Below, in pieces: positions 36,291 through 46,577 of a stretch of 64,000 bases of DNA (position 1 is the stretch's first letter; each line of letters begins with the position of its first letter). Location of the stretch: positions 14,150 to 78,149 of the forward strand of contig JAUWMR010000002.1 in assembly GCA_030613055.1 (NCBI GenBank), in the 5' to 3' direction. The notes under the pieces are model-generated. The model saw only the letters and a list, made by a program, of their open reading frames with translations. It was not told where the DNA came from and did not search any database. Origin of the DNA: Desulfobacteraceae bacterium. Lineage in GTDB: Bacteria > Desulfobacterota > DSM-4660 > Desulfatiglandales > Desulfatiglandaceae. Made by a program: the position numbers and the translations under genes.

Positions 36291-37607
36291 TTAAAATAAC
36301 TCGTTGAGTTGTTGAATGCTCTCTTCGAATCTGACATTTTCCGTGATACCCTGTTTTAAATAGTCATTCACCTTATCTATCATATCGATAGCATAGTCAA
36401 TTTTTGGATTGCTGCCTGCCACGTATGCCCCGATATTTATTAAATCCTCCGCTTTTCTGTAGGTAGCCAGGATACGCTTAAGCCTGTTGGCGTTTTCCTT
36501 GTGATCTGAACTCGTAATATCAAACATTACCCTGCTGGTGCTGTTTAATATGTCAATCGCGGGGTAGTGGTTTTGCACGGCAAGGTCTCTGGACAGGACA
36601 ATATGCCCGTCAAGTATCGCCCTCACGGCATCAGCGACTGGTTCATTCATGTCATCACCTTCAACCAGCACGGTATACAGACCGGTAATGGAGCCATGAT
36701 TGGAAGAAGTGCCCGATCTTTCTAATAACTTAGGCAGCAGGGTAAAAACGGATGGCGTATATCCCTTTGTGGCAGGAGGTTCTCCGGTGGCAAGACCAAT
36801 TTCTCTTTGTGCCGTGGCAAATCGGGTTACAGAGTCCATCATCAGTATAACCTGCTTGCCCTGATCCCGGAAGTATTCCGCTATGGCCGAAGCAACGAAT
36901 GCCCCTCGCATTCTTATCAAAGGAAGTTGATCCGAGGTGGCAACTACAACTACCGATCTCTTAAGGCCTTCCTTGCCGAGTTCTTTTTCAATGAAATCAT
37001 TAACCTCCCTGCCTCGTTCTCCAATTAAAGCGATCACGTTTATATCAGCAGTTGTTTTGCGCGCGATCATACCGAGAAGAATACTTTTGCCCACACCCGA
37101 TCCAGAAAAAATGCCCATCCTCTGCCCGCACCCCACGGTCAAAAGACCATTAATGGATCTTATTCCAATATCCAGAGGCCGGCTTATTCTTTTTCTTAAG
37201 AGGGGATTCATGGGATTTGTGTAGATGGGGTATTCATTATCAACAGGGACAGGACCTTTCCCGTCAATGGGTTCTCCAAGCCCGTTGAGTACTCTCCCTA
37301 AAAGCCCTTCTCCAACACATACTGAGGCCTTCTGCTGCCTTGCAACTACCCGGCTTCCGGGCCCTATTCCACGGATTTCTTCAAGGGGCATTAGCAAAAT
37401 CCTGTTATCCCTGAAACCCAAGACCTCTGCCGTAACCTTTGGCATGTTGCCTTTGGGATAAATGTCGCATATGCTCCCCAACCTGGATATCGGTCCATGA
37501 GCTTCAGTAACCAGGCCGACCACCTTAGTTACTTTCCCATTCGCCCTGATCGGGTTTAAATCATCCAGGGCCATGTGGTATTTGTTTATTCCAATCATTG
37601 CGCCCAT
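36291..37607 (-). CDS. fliI: Flagellum-specific ATPase FliI
   Basis: 438 aa. Walker A GIFSGSGVGKS, Walker B VILMMDSVTR, F1/T3SS-ATPase-like throughout. Confidence 0.97.
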   Translation of the reverse strand: MGAMIGINKYHMALDDLNPIRANGKVTKVVGLVTEAHGPISRLGSICDIYPKGNMPKVTAEVLGFRDNRILLMPLEEIRGIGPGSRVVARQQKASVCVGEGLLGRVLNGLGEPIDGKGPVPVDNEYPIYTNPMNPLLRKRISRPLDIGIRSINGLLTVGCGQRMGIFSGSGVGKSILLGMIARKTTADINVIALIGERGREVNDFIEKELGKEGLKRSVVVVATSDQLPLIRMRGAFVASAIAEYFRDQGKQVILMMDSVTRFATAQREIGLATGEPPATKGYTPSVFTLLPKLLERSGTSSNHGSITGLYTVLVEGDDMNEPVADAVRAILDGHIVLSRDLAVQNHYPAIDILNSTSRVMFDITSSDHKENANRLKRILATYRKAEDLINIGAYVAGSNPKIDYAIDMIDKVNDYLKQGITENVRFEESIQQLNELF

Positions 37608-38329
37608 TATTCAGGCCTTTTTTTAAGCTCTGATTCAAATGTCTCTTTGATCGCCTGGATCTGCTTTTCAATCCTCGCGTCAATCTCTCCAAAATCAGTC
37701 TCTATAATACAGCCACCATTTAATACCTTATTGTCCATAACAATGACAATGTCATCGATATTGTCTGCAAGATCCGATGGCTCAAACCCTGAATCGTTTA
37801 AATATTTTAAATCGGAGGGGCTTATTTTGATGATGATTTTTTCCTGGTCCACCGCTTCCTTGAGGGCTTGCCTGATAACTCTCAGGATCAGGTCTTTATT
37901 CGTGACTATTTCATATCCTACAATCTTTTCTGCAATCGCCAGGGCCAGACCTATCGTCTCTTTTTCAGCATTAAGGCATATTTCCTTTTTTATTTTTTCC
38001 AGTTCTCCAAGGGACGTAAGGAAATTTTCCATGACCGGTTCAAGTATTTTCCTCCCTGATTTTAGGCCGGCCTTTTCTCCTTTAGCGAATCCTTCCGCAT
38101 AACCCCTATCTTTAAGTAACGTTGTCTTATCTTTTTGACCGGCAAATTCTCCTGGTATTTCATCTAACTCCTCAAAAAGTTCTCCGTTCCCCAGGGAACG
38201 ATGGAAATTAGTCTCCTCACCTGTTATTCCTTCCTCATCAAACGGGTGTTTAATAGGAATTTCGGGAAAATAGTAGGTTTTAAAACCGTTTTCCATTGCA
38301 AAGCGCTCACCTTTAATAATGTTAGGCAA
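37607..38329 (-). CDS. fliH: Flagellar assembly protein FliH
   Basis: 240 aa. Coiled-coil centre and C-terminal ...VIVMDNKVLNGGCIIETDFGEIDARIEKQI. Position between fliG and fliI. Confidence 0.8.
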   Translation of the reverse strand: MPNIIKGERFAMENGFKTYYFPEIPIKHPFDEEGITGEETNFHRSLGNGELFEELDEIPGEFAGQKDKTTLLKDRGYAEGFAKGEKAGLKSGRKILEPVMENFLTSLGELEKIKKEICLNAEKETIGLALAIAEKIVGYEIVTNKDLILRVIRQALKEAVDQEKIIIKISPSDLKYLNDSGFEPSDLADNIDDIVIVMDNKVLNGGCIIETDFGEIDARIEKQIQAIKETFESELKKRPE

Positions 38330-39290
38330 TGAACTCCTCTCCTTTACGCCCGCTAATTATTATGTCTCCTTTAGCTTCCATGTCTTGAATCAGCCTTGTG
38401 ATTGTTTGCTGGGCATCTTCCACTTCTTTCATCCTGACAGCTCCCATCGCTTCGATCTCTTCTTTCAGCATATCACCAGCCCTCTCGGACATATTACGAA
38501 ATATCTTATCTTTTACTTCCTCGGAAGCCGCTTTTAGGGCTGTTGACAGTTCTTTTGTTTCAATATTTCTCAACAGTTTCTGCAGGCCCCTGTCGTCAAT
38601 CAGTATCAAGTCTTCGAAAACAAACATCCTCTGCTTAATCTCAGCAGCGAGTTCCGGATTGACTTCTTCTATGTCATTCAGGATTAGCTCCCCTGAACTC
38701 CCGTCCAACTGGTTTAGTATCTCAGCTACGAGACTTGCACCACCTAATTGACGGATTACGGAAGAATCCTTAGCCGTAAGCACACTCTCAAAAAAACTGT
38801 CTATCTCTTTGACCATTCCGGTAGTGACCTTATCCAGCATGGCGATCCTTAAGGCCACATCGGGCTTTATTTCGTCAGGAAGTGTATCCAATACTTCGCT
38901 TGCTACTTCGGTTTTGAGATGGACAAGAATTATAGCGATAGTCTGGGGATGTTCTTCTTTGATCAATTCAGTGAGACGATCTGGTTCTATAGACTGGAGG
39001 GACTTCAGATTTGATAACCCGGAGATCGAACCGTCAGAATCACCTTTTTGGTTCTGCTTTTGCCCGGTAGTTGAAGCAGATTTATTTCTCCGTTTAGCCA
39101 TTTCTGTAAATTCTTGTGCTATCTTTTCCACTAAGTCCGGTGATATGTCTCCGATCTGGAAAAGTTGACTCTGTATCATTTTTCTTTCAGCATCATCAAG
39201 ATTGGTGAAGACCGCGTGCGATATGTCTTCCCCTATAGCTTGAAGAAGAATGGCGACTTTTAGAGATCCTGGCAGGTTTTTTGAATCCAT
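38322..39290 (-). CDS. fliG: Flagellar motor switch protein FliG
   Basis: 322 aa. MFVFEDLILIDDRGLQKLLRNI...FRNMSERAGDMLKEEIEAMGAVRMKEVEDAQQ. Confidence 0.95.
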   Translation of the reverse strand: MDSKNLPGSLKVAILLQAIGEDISHAVFTNLDDAERKMIQSQLFQIGDISPDLVEKIAQEFTEMAKRRNKSASTTGQKQNQKGDSDGSISGLSNLKSLQSIEPDRLTELIKEEHPQTIAIILVHLKTEVASEVLDTLPDEIKPDVALRIAMLDKVTTGMVKEIDSFFESVLTAKDSSVIRQLGGASLVAEILNQLDGSSGELILNDIEEVNPELAAEIKQRMFVFEDLILIDDRGLQKLLRNIETKELSTALKAASEEVKDKIFRNMSERAGDMLKEEIEAMGAVRMKEVEDAQQTITRLIQDMEAKGDIIISGRKGEEFIA

Positions 39291-39361
39291 GTATATATTT
39301 ACTCCAGCAGCGTCAGTATTATTTCAACAGCTTTGAATGTGGTTATAAATCCCGCAACTTG

Positions 39362-40981
39362 TTAGTCCTTTTTTTCCTGAATCCACTCACGCATCAAATG
39401 TGCGGATTGTTTGCTGTCGCTTGTTATCATATTTGCGGCAAGGTCTCTGAAAGGAAGGCTTTTTTGTCCTGAAGCATATTCTCTTTCAATCTCCGAAACG
39501 GTCTTGGGAAGCTGGTTTATCATTCCCGCGTTACCGACCGAACCGGAAGTAATCCACCTGATCATAGGACGGACAAGAAAAATGAAGATAAAAAGAAAAA
39601 ATATGCCTGATACAATATACCTGATAAGATGAGAATACTGTTTCATTGTGGAAAGCCAGCTTTTTTCAGTTATTATGTATTCTTCGCCCTGGGCCAGTTT
39701 CAACCTGGTAGTTTCAAACGGGATGTTGATTACTTCGATACTGTCACCCCTTTTGGCACTGAAATTCACGGCCCTTTTTACAATATTTTCAAGTTTCTCC
39801 ATCTCATCCGAGGTCCTGGGAAAATATTTCCATTCCTCCTTTTTATTTTTTCCTGTTTTACTTTTCATGAGCTTATATGTGCCGTCTACGATCACGGCTA
39901 CTGATAATCTGATTATATTTCCAACCGGCTCTACCGTATGGCTGATCACCTTGCCTATCTCATAGTTTACGGTTCGATCCTGTTTGTTAAATTCCGGGTT
40001 GCCACCTGCTGTGTCGGCCTTGATATTTCCCGGCGATATTTTTGAAGTGACACCGGGTATGCCCGCAGGTGTCGTTTCTTTTTCCTTTGAGGTCTCATTA
40101 AAAACCTGTTCGCTTCGAATCACCTTATTATCCGGTTGGTATTTTTCTTCAGTTTTTTCATACTTCTTAAAATCCAGCAAACATGAAACCCTGACAATCG
40201 CTTTATTAAGACCGAGTGCCGCCTCTAACATGGTCTTTATTTTATTTTCAGAATTTCTCTCCAGTTTTTCCTGAAACTCCACCTGGTCGGAACCGATTTT
40301 CCCTGTTGCGGATTTCTCTTTAAAGCCTGCTAACATTTTCCCGTAGTTATCAACAATAGTTACATTTTCCGGGCTTAAACCGGAAATACTCGACGAAACG
40401 AGGTGGACAATCCCTTGAACTTGATTCTTTGTCAGCTTCCTGCCCGGGCTGAGTTTCAGTACCACTGAAGCAGATGCGGGTTTTTCTTCTTCAATGAATA
40501 GGGATTTTGACGGCATAACAATGTGGACCCTTGAGCTTTCGATTTCTGCAAACCCGTTGATGGTTCGAGACAACTCCCCCTGGCATGCCCTCTGGTAGTT
40601 TACATTCTGGACAAATTCAGTCATCCCGAGCTTTGTGTTGTCAAATATCTCGAAACCAACGCCGCTGCCCTGGGGAAGGCCCTGAGAAGCTAATTCAAGC
40701 CTTGTCTCGTATACGCGTTCTCCCGGAACAAGAACCGAGCTTCCGTTTGCAGAAATTCGATATGGGATTTTTTGGTCTTTCAATTTGGTCAATATCGCTC
40801 CCGCGTCTTCAGGAGACAGGTTGGAGTAAAGGAGGTGGAAATCGGGCTTTCCTGCCCACATCGCAAATAAAACAAGGCATATCACTGTTCCCGTTAGGAG
40901 TATAAATAAGGCAATCGTTTTGCCTGTTGTAAGATTTGTTAACAGTGCTTTAAACTGAGTTGAAGACACTTGAGCTGGCAT
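39362..40981 (-). CDS. fliF: Flagellar MS-ring protein FliF
   Basis: 539 aa. N-terminal TM, YscJ/FliF ring-building region (LFAMWAGKPDFHLLYSNLSPEDAGAILTKLKDQKIPY) and C-terminal TM. Confidence 0.95.
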   Translation of the reverse strand: MPAQVSSTQFKALLTNLTTGKTIALFILLTGTVICLVLFAMWAGKPDFHLLYSNLSPEDAGAILTKLKDQKIPYRISANGSSVLVPGERVYETRLELASQGLPQGSGVGFEIFDNTKLGMTEFVQNVNYQRACQGELSRTINGFAEIESSRVHIVMPSKSLFIEEEKPASASVVLKLSPGRKLTKNQVQGIVHLVSSSISGLSPENVTIVDNYGKMLAGFKEKSATGKIGSDQVEFQEKLERNSENKIKTMLEAALGLNKAIVRVSCLLDFKKYEKTEEKYQPDNKVIRSEQVFNETSKEKETTPAGIPGVTSKISPGNIKADTAGGNPEFNKQDRTVNYEIGKVISHTVEPVGNIIRLSVAVIVDGTYKLMKSKTGKNKKEEWKYFPRTSDEMEKLENIVKRAVNFSAKRGDSIEVINIPFETTRLKLAQGEEYIITEKSWLSTMKQYSHLIRYIVSGIFFLFIFIFLVRPMIRWITSGSVGNAGMINQLPKTVSEIEREYASGQKSLPFRDLAANMITSDSKQSAHLMREWIQEKKD

Positions 40982-41032
40982 CTTAAATTATTTCCCCTTT
41001 GCCTGTATTTTATAAACGTTATGAATTCTAAT

Positions 41033-41335
41033 TTAGACCTGCATTCGCATTATTGTCTCATAAGCATTTATAATTTTATTTCGCACCTGCATAACCAACT
41101 GAAAAGATATCTCGGCCTTTTCAAGGGCAATCATGACATTATGGATATCTTTTCCCTTGCCGGCGGCCAGGTCCTGGACAGCCTGGTCTGCCTCTTTCTG
41201 AAGGCGATCCACATCATCCAGCGAGGTTTTTAATATGCCTAAAAAAGATATCTTTTGCGTCCCTTGAGGCTTTTTCTCCAAAGGAGGCGCATTAAGTAGT
41301 TTTTCTATGCCGGTTTGGAATGTAATTTCTTTCAT
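41033..41335 (-). CDS. fliE: Flagellar hook-basal body protein FliE
   Basis: 100 aa. C-terminal VMIALEKAEISFQLVMQVRNKIINAYETIMRMQV. Confidence 0.85.
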   Translation of the reverse strand: MKEITFQTGIEKLLNAPPLEKKPQGTQKISFLGILKTSLDDVDRLQKEADQAVQDLAAGKGKDIHNVMIALEKAEISFQLVMQVRNKIINAYETIMRMQV

Positions 41336-41337
41336 AA

Positions 41338-41775
41338 TTAGCGACCTATCTCCAGGGCCTTTAAGGCCATGTCTTTAGAAGCGTTTATTGCGGCTACGCC
41401 CGCCTCGTAACTGCGTGTGGCCGAAATCATATTAACCATTTCTTCAATTATATTAATGTTCGGCATGGCCACGTATCCCCGTTTATCTGCATCAGGATGG
41501 GAGGGATCGTGTTTTAATATGGGCGGTCTGTGATCAGTTGTGATTCCAACCACTCTCACTCCGGGCAATCTGCCTGATACCTGGGACCTCAGCACATTAT
41601 GAAAAGAACGGCGAACCGGAAGAGCGGAAAAAATGGCCTCTCTTCTTCTGTAAGGCCCGCCCTGTGGAGTCCGTGTTGTGTTAATATTAGCCAGGTTACT
41701 GGAAATCAGATTCATCCGGAGCCTCTGGGCAGCCAGTCCTGAAGAACTTATATGCAGAGCGTCTAAAAAATTCAT
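41338..41775 (-). CDS. flgC: Flagellar proximal rod protein FlgC
   Basis: 145 aa. GLAAQRLRMNLISSNLANINTTRTPQGGPYRR... and [21 protein letters not shown]. Confidence 0.95.
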   Translation of the reverse strand: MNFLDALHISSSGLAAQRLRMNLISSNLANINTTRTPQGGPYRRREAIFSALPVRRSFHNVLRSQVSGRLPGVRVVGITTDHRPPILKHDPSHPDADKRGYVAMPNINIIEEMVNMISATRSYEAGVAAINASKDMALKALEIGR

Positions 41776-41777
41776 TT

Positions 41778-42197
41778 TTATTTTTTACCTCCCTCAATAG
41801 CATTTTTAAGCCCCTGGAATTTTCTGGAAATAATATGGGCTGATGCACTGTACATCAAACTGTTTTCCGCTAAGTTTGCCATCTCCTTATCAATATCCAC
41901 GGTATTCCCGTCGCCTTTTTGTGTGAATTTAGATTTTTCGGCGGGTTTATATGAACTATTATCCGGCACGAAAGGCACTGTAAGAATATGGTTGGGTTGT
42001 GTCCGCTTAAGCTGTAGTTTGTTCCCTGCCCCTGCCGTTTTTGCTATCTCTTCTTCAACAATCAAGTCAAACGCCTTGTAATTGGGAGTATCAATATTAG
42101 CGATATTAGAGATAATTACGTTGTGTTTTTTTGATCTAAGGTCCAGAACCTTTTCCAGGATGGAAACTGTCCCGCTGAATATTCCCTGTAATCCCAT
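41778..42197 (-). CDS. flgB: Flagellar proximal rod protein FlgB
   Basis: 139 aa. LDLRSKKHNVIISNIANIDTPNYKA... and EMANLAENSLMYSA. Confidence 0.9.
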   Translation of the reverse strand: MGLQGIFSGTVSILEKVLDLRSKKHNVIISNIANIDTPNYKAFDLIVEEEIAKTAGAGNKLQLKRTQPNHILTVPFVPDNSSYKPAEKSKFTQKGDGNTVDIDKEMANLAENSLMYSASAHIISRKFQGLKNAIEGGKK

Positions 42198-42214
42198 ATG
42201 AATAAATTCCTGTA

Positions 42215-43570
42215 TTAACCCTGGTTTTCTTTATATTCTTTTAGCTTGTTTCTTAGTGTCCTGATGCTTATATCGAGAATCTCTGCCGCGTGGGTCCGGT
42301 TGTCATTTACCTCTTTTAGTGTCTGGAAGATCAACTCCTTTTCCATCTCCTTTACGGACAGGCCCACTTTTATTGAGACTGGTTTTTTCCCATTTTGTTG
42401 AGGTCCCTCCAAAAACAGATGTTCAGGCAAAAGGGTTTCCCCCTGTCCTAAGAGCACAGCCCTTTCAATTGTATTTTCCAGTTCCCTCACATTCCCCTTC
42501 CAGTCAAATTTCAGGAGAAGGGAAATCGTCTCATCGGCTATGCTGTTCATCTTTTTGTTATTATTTGAGCTGTATTTCTCAATAAAATAATTTGTTAGCA
42601 GGGGGATATCACCCCTGCGCTCCCGTAAAGGCGGGATAGTGAGAGGGATAACATTTACCCTGTAAAACAGATCTTCCCTGAACTTACCTTCAATAACGGC
42701 TTTATTCAGGTCAATGTTGCTGATCGCAATTATTCGCACATCAACCGGATTTGGCCTTGTACCTCCGACTCGATCGATTTCTTTTTCCTGAAGAACCCTG
42801 AGAAGTTTTGCCTGGAGCTGAATGGGCATCTCACTTATCTCATCCAGAATAATCGTTCCATGATTTGCAAGTTCGAATTTACCGATTTTCAGGGTTGCCG
42901 CTCCGGTAAAGGCCCCTTTTTCATGGCCGAATAGTTCACTTTCAGCCAGGCTTTCGGGCAATGCCGCACAATTAACCGCAACGTAAGGCTTTTCACTCCG
43001 GCCGCTATGCTGATGGATAAAAGATGCAAACAGTTCCTTTCCTGTCCCGCTTTCACCTAAAATAAGAATTGTCGCATTGCTTGGAGCCACGTTTTTTGCC
43101 AAGTCTAAGATATCCAACAACTTCGAGTCCTGCGTCATAATCCTTTTATTTCCTGAATCGTTCCTTGAGTAAACCTCAAGTGATTTGCCCCGGGCACGGG
43201 CTGTTGAGTTTGAGCAGACTTTTTTGACAGTCGATTCAAGGATATCGGCAGAAAAGGGTTTGAGGATATAGTCTGAAGCGCCTTCTTTCATTGCTTCCAC
43301 GGCATTGCAGATGGTTCCATGAGCAGTAATCATGATAACCGGAATCCGGGGGGATATTTTTTTAACCTGCTCAAGGACTTCCATGCCTGACATTTCCGGC
43401 ATCTTAACGTCGGTTATGACGGCGCTGAATTTGCTTCTTTTAAATTTGTCTATGGCTTCAAATCCATTAGAAGCAGTTTGAACTGAATATCCGGTTCTGC
43501 TCAATGCATGGGTAAGAGCAAGTCTCATATCCTGCTCGTCATCAACGACCAATATCGATTGTGCATGCAT
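42215..43570 (-). CDS. Sigma-54-dependent response regulator (FlrC/FleR/FlgR-type: REC-AAA+-HTH)
   Basis: Trimmed to the ATG at 43570 (MHAQSILVVDDEQDMR). REC domain, AAA+ with GESGTGKE and GAFTGA, and a C-terminal Fis-type HTH. Directly upstream of flgB. Confidence 0.9.
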   Translation of the reverse strand: MHAQSILVVDDEQDMRLALTHALSRTGYSVQTASNGFEAIDKFKRSKFSAVITDVKMPEMSGMEVLEQVKKISPRIPVIMITAHGTICNAVEAMKEGASDYILKPFSADILESTVKKVCSNSTARARGKSLEVYSRNDSGNKRIMTQDSKLLDILDLAKNVAPSNATILILGESGTGKELFASFIHQHSGRSEKPYVAVNCAALPESLAESELFGHEKGAFTGAATLKIGKFELANHGTIILDEISEMPIQLQAKLLRVLQEKEIDRVGGTRPNPVDVRIIAISNIDLNKAVIEGKFREDLFYRVNVIPLTIPPLRERRGDIPLLTNYFIEKYSSNNNKKMNSIADETISLLLKFDWKGNVRELENTIERAVLLGQGETLLPEHLFLEGPQQNGKKPVSIKVGLSVKEMEKELIFQTLKEVNDNRTHAAEILDISIRTLRNKLKEYKENQG

Positions 43571-43574
43571 TTTA

Positions 43575-44747
43575 CTATGCTCCGTCAATGATTTGCGATC
43601 CGGGATTTGTGTATTGTGATTCCCTATCAAACATCTCATATCCCATGGCACATACGTTTGTTGGCCTTTCCCCATCCCACAGTGGCAGGATTACTGTACA
43701 CACTGTTCCTTTCCCTTCCGTACTGTTAATATCGATTGTACCGCCATGAAGTTTAATGATGCTATGGACAATCGGCAGCCCGAGCCCGGTGCCTTTTTTC
43801 TTTGTAGTGAAGAAGGGATCAAAAACCCTGGATGTGTTCGCCTTGGATATTCCTTCTCCGGTGTCGCTGCATCTGATTTCTAAAAAATGCGAGTTTGTTT
43901 GTTGATCACGGCATTTCTTAGTGGAAACGGTTAGCTTTCCACCATCGGGCATTGCCTGGATAGCATTTAAAATAAGGTTGAGGTATACCTGTTTCAACAG
44001 TTCCGAATCACCATATATTATCAGGCTTTCGGGAGAATAATCGGTAATAACTTCAATGCTGTCATTTGACTTGATCAGATGCCCGAAGAAGAACAGGGAG
44101 TCATTAAGGGAGTCGTATATATCTATAATTTTGAAGTCTGCTTTTTGTTCCGGCCTGATAAATAAAACGAGATTTGATATAATACTGTTGATGCTTTTTA
44201 CGCCTGATGAAATATGTCCTGCAAGGGCTTTCAATTCTCCGGAGCCTTCCAGATCCTTCATAAGGGCAGTGGCGAAAAGCTCAATGCTCCCTAAAGGATT
44301 CCTGATTTCATGGGCTATTTTAGCTGCCATCTCTCCCATGGCGGCTAAGTGGCCGTTACGGTTTGCTTGTTCCTCAAGTTTTTTTATCCTTGTGACATCA
44401 TGGAGCGTAAGGACAATTCCTTCCTTTTCATTCCCGGGGCCTTTGACAGGAGAAATAGAAAGGCTTATGTGTAAGGAATCATTATCGTTTGTACATATCT
44501 CTGTCCCGATCTCCATGCTCTTGTGAATATCTCTGATAGATCGGTATGTTAGGTTTGAATTATGAAAAAAATCAGGGCCGAAAATCTCATCAAACTCTTT
44601 TCCTGTGACTGTTTCTGAAACCAGGCCGGTTATACCTTCGGCTGCTCGATTGAAGGTGGTGATCTTTCCTTCCAGGTCGACAGCCACTACTCCGGTGGCC
44701 AGGCTCTCAAGGATGTTATCGGGATTATCTTTTTTATAATTTTCCAT
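43575..44747 (-). CDS. PAS sensor histidine kinase (FlrB/FleS-type partner of the regulator)
   Basis: 390 aa. PAS-like N-terminal region, H box AAKIAHEIRNPLGSI, and HATPase N/G boxes (LNLILNAIQAM...DTGEGI...GTGLGL). Confidence 0.85.
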   Translation of the reverse strand: MENYKKDNPDNILESLATGVVAVDLEGKITTFNRAAEGITGLVSETVTGKEFDEIFGPDFFHNSNLTYRSIRDIHKSMEIGTEICTNDNDSLHISLSISPVKGPGNEKEGIVLTLHDVTRIKKLEEQANRNGHLAAMGEMAAKIAHEIRNPLGSIELFATALMKDLEGSGELKALAGHISSGVKSINSIISNLVLFIRPEQKADFKIIDIYDSLNDSLFFFGHLIKSNDSIEVITDYSPESLIIYGDSELLKQVYLNLILNAIQAMPDGGKLTVSTKKCRDQQTNSHFLEIRCSDTGEGISKANTSRVFDPFFTTKKKGTGLGLPIVHSIIKLHGGTIDINSTEGKGTVCTVILPLWDGERPTNVCAMGYEMFDRESQYTNPGSQIIDGA

Positions 44748-44785
44748 AAGGCATTTTGCCGGTAGAAATTCAGGTTGCTTTAAGG

Positions 44786-44801
44786 CGCAAAATACTGTCC
44801 A
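44786..44801 (-). promoter_or_regulatory. Sigma-54 promoter candidate proximal to the FlrB-like kinase gene
   Basis: The minus strand reads TTGGACAGTATTTTGCGCC (GG/GC spacing correct). ~40 nt upstream of the ATG at 44747. Confidence 0.5.
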
Positions 44802-44965
44802 AAAGCCGACGTCATTAGCCGTCTATATAGGCTAAGATCATAAAATTTATCCGCCAGACTTACGGCGGATTTATATCAAGTATTCTACCTCGATCAATTC
44901 GTCGTTTTGAGGCCTAACTTCGCTATAAAAGGGGGGCCAAACCGTTTTCCAAAATTAAAACCTGT

Positions 44966-45261
44966 GTAACACTTTAGCCCTTTGAAAACAGGACCGGGAC
45001 ATGGGGATCTCTTTTTTTTAAAGCCGCATATGCTTACACCATTACATGGAACGGCAGTTAGGCCTTTCCATTCAAGTAAAGGACAGCCCCATACGGGAAT
45101 TTTCATGATTAAAACCGCCATCCCTGCCTGCTCAGCGCCCATGGTCAAAGTCCAGGGGGCGTGTTGCTGGCATTTGGTGAATTTGTGATGCGGCTTTTAA
45201 AAAAGAGATCCCCACGTCCCTACAGGCTATGATCGATTTTTTCAAAGAGCTAAACTATTAC
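44966..45261. mobile_element. MITE-like element, family B, copy 2 (~296 bp)
   Basis: Alignable with 5798..6092. Flanked by a perfect 8-bp direct repeat AAACCTGT (44958..44965 and 45262..45269). Outer termini GTAAC... and ...ATTAC. Inner inverted repeats at ~44999..45028 and 45189..45214. Confidence 0.8.
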
Positions 45262-45301
45262 AAACCTGTTTTGGATAAGGTTCAACGCAATCATTAAATA
45301 A

Positions 45302-45317
45302 AGCAAGGATTGTGCCG
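45302..45317 (-). promoter_or_regulatory. Sigma-54 promoter candidate distal to the kinase gene (upstream of the MITE)
   Basis: The minus strand reads ACGGCACAATCCTTGCTT (GGCAC-N5-TTGCT). It lies ~40 nt from the right end of MITE-B copy 2 and ~555 nt upstream of the kinase ATG. Confidence 0.55.
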
Positions 45318-45500
45318 TTTTTACCAGGCGTGTAGAGGAAGGAAAATTAAAACCGGTTAAGTGGCAAAATGATTGAAACGCATATTAAAGGCGGTTTTAT
45401 GAATTCAGATGTGCTTGAAAGGGAAAAATGATGAGGGCAAAGAGGATAATTATGTCAAATTTTAAATGTCGGGCGTCACTTCCTTGACGCTAACCGGTTT

Positions 45501-46577
45501 TTAAGAAGAACACTGCTGTAAATCATATCTTTTTATCTTTTCCACAAGGGTCGTCCTGTTCAGATGAAGAAGCTTGGCCGCCTTATTTTTGACCCATTGG
45601 GTCTTCTCTAAGGACTGGAAAATGAGGGCCTTTTCAAACTCGCTAACCGCGGTATTAAGACAAATTCCATCCTTCGTCAGCTCTATGCCTGACACCGATG
45701 TTCCCCGGCCATTTCCCCCGTGGATACTCTCCGGTAGATCCGGGGGTAATATTGTTCCTTCTCCTTTCAGGACTACAAGCCTTTCCACTATGTTCTTGAG
45801 CTCTCGCACATTCCCGGGCCAGGGATATTCTATCATTATATTAATAGCCTTATCTGATACCCCCTGGACTTCCTTTTTCTTTTTTTTGTCGAATTGTTCC
45901 ATGAAATGAGAAACGAGGAGGGGTATATCGGATTTGCGCTCTCTTAAAGGTGGAAGGGTAAAAGGTATGACATGGAGGCGGTAAAAGAGGTCTTCCCGAA
46001 AGGTTTCCTTTCGAACCTTTTCTTCCAGGTCCCTGTGGGTAGCCGCAATAATTCTCACATCGACGCTTATGCTTTTGGTACCGCCGACTCGCTCAAATTC
46101 CCTCTCTTCCAGTACTCTCAGGATTTTTACCTGGAGATCAGGGCTCATATCACCAATCTCATCCAAAAAAATGGTCCCCCTGTCGGCCCTTTCGAACTTC
46201 CCGGGCTTATCCGATGTCGCTCCGGTAAATGCTCCCCGCATGTGACCGAATAATTCACTCTCCAGCAGGTTCTCCGGTATAGCCCCGCAATTTACCTGGA
46301 CAAACGGTTTGTCTCTTCGGTATGAGTTTTTGTGAATTGCCCTGGCTATCAGGCCTTTCCCTGTTCCGGTCTCCCCGTAAATTATGATTGTACTGTCGCT
46401 ATTGGCTACTTTTTCAACCAGCTCAAAAACCTCTTGCATTATAGCGCTCTGGCCAATGATCGTATCGAGCTTGTGCCGGTTTCCTGATTCTTCTGAAGCC
46501 ACCGTATCATCCGGAAGTAGATCTTGAGGTCTGGATATGGTGATAGGGGCTTTAGCCTGCAATTTATCACCTTTCAT
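45501..46577 (-). CDS. Sigma-54 activator without a receiver or sensor domain (AAA+ plus HTH only)
   Basis: AAA+ core ([15 protein letters not shown], ...) begins ~55 aa after the ATG at 46577. C-terminal Fis-type HTH ([19 protein letters not shown]). The track ORF extends to a TTG at 46652, but that extension encodes a terminator-like hairpin. Confidence 0.85.
   Translation of the reverse strand: MKGDKLQAKAPITISRPQDLLPDDTVASEESGNRHKLDTIIGQSAIMQEVFELVEKVANSDSTIIIYGETGTGKGLIARAIHKNSYRRDKPFVQVNCGAIPENLLESELFGHMRGAFTGATSDKPGKFERADRGTIFLDEIGDMSPDLQVKILRVLEEREFERVGGTKSISVDVRIIAATHRDLEEKVRKETFREDLFYRLHVIPFTLPPLRERKSDIPLLVSHFMEQFDKKKKKEVQGVSDKAINIMIEYPWPGNVRELKNIVERLVVLKGEGTILPPDLPESIHGGNGRGTSVSGIELTKDGICLNTAVSEFEKALIFQSLEKTQWVKNKAAKLLHLNRTTLVEKIKRYDLQQCSS

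Noticed and set aside
37575-38102. Long antisense ORFs opposite real genes, e.g. 37575..38102 (+), 47747..48322 (+), 53771..54298 (+), 44056..44526 (+), 22795..23160 (-) and 18491..18763 (-).
   Set aside because: Each is fully embedded in, or overlaps out of frame with, a confidently identified flagellar or regulatory gene. Their Ser/Leu/Arg-rich composition is typical of shadow ORFs.
44848-44872. Hairpin ATCCGCC-AGACTTA-GGCGGAT between MITE-B copy 2 and the kinase promoter, considered as a terminator.
   Set aside because: No T-run follows on either strand, and it belongs to the general class of short CCGCC/GGCGG REP-like hairpins seen throughout the window.
44894-45188. ORFs 44894..45148 (-) and 44982..45188 (+) inside MITE-B copy 2.
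   Set aside because: They lie within a non-autonomous repeat. Substitutions interrupt the frames in the homologous region of copy 1 (5798..6092), and neither has a domain-like sequence.
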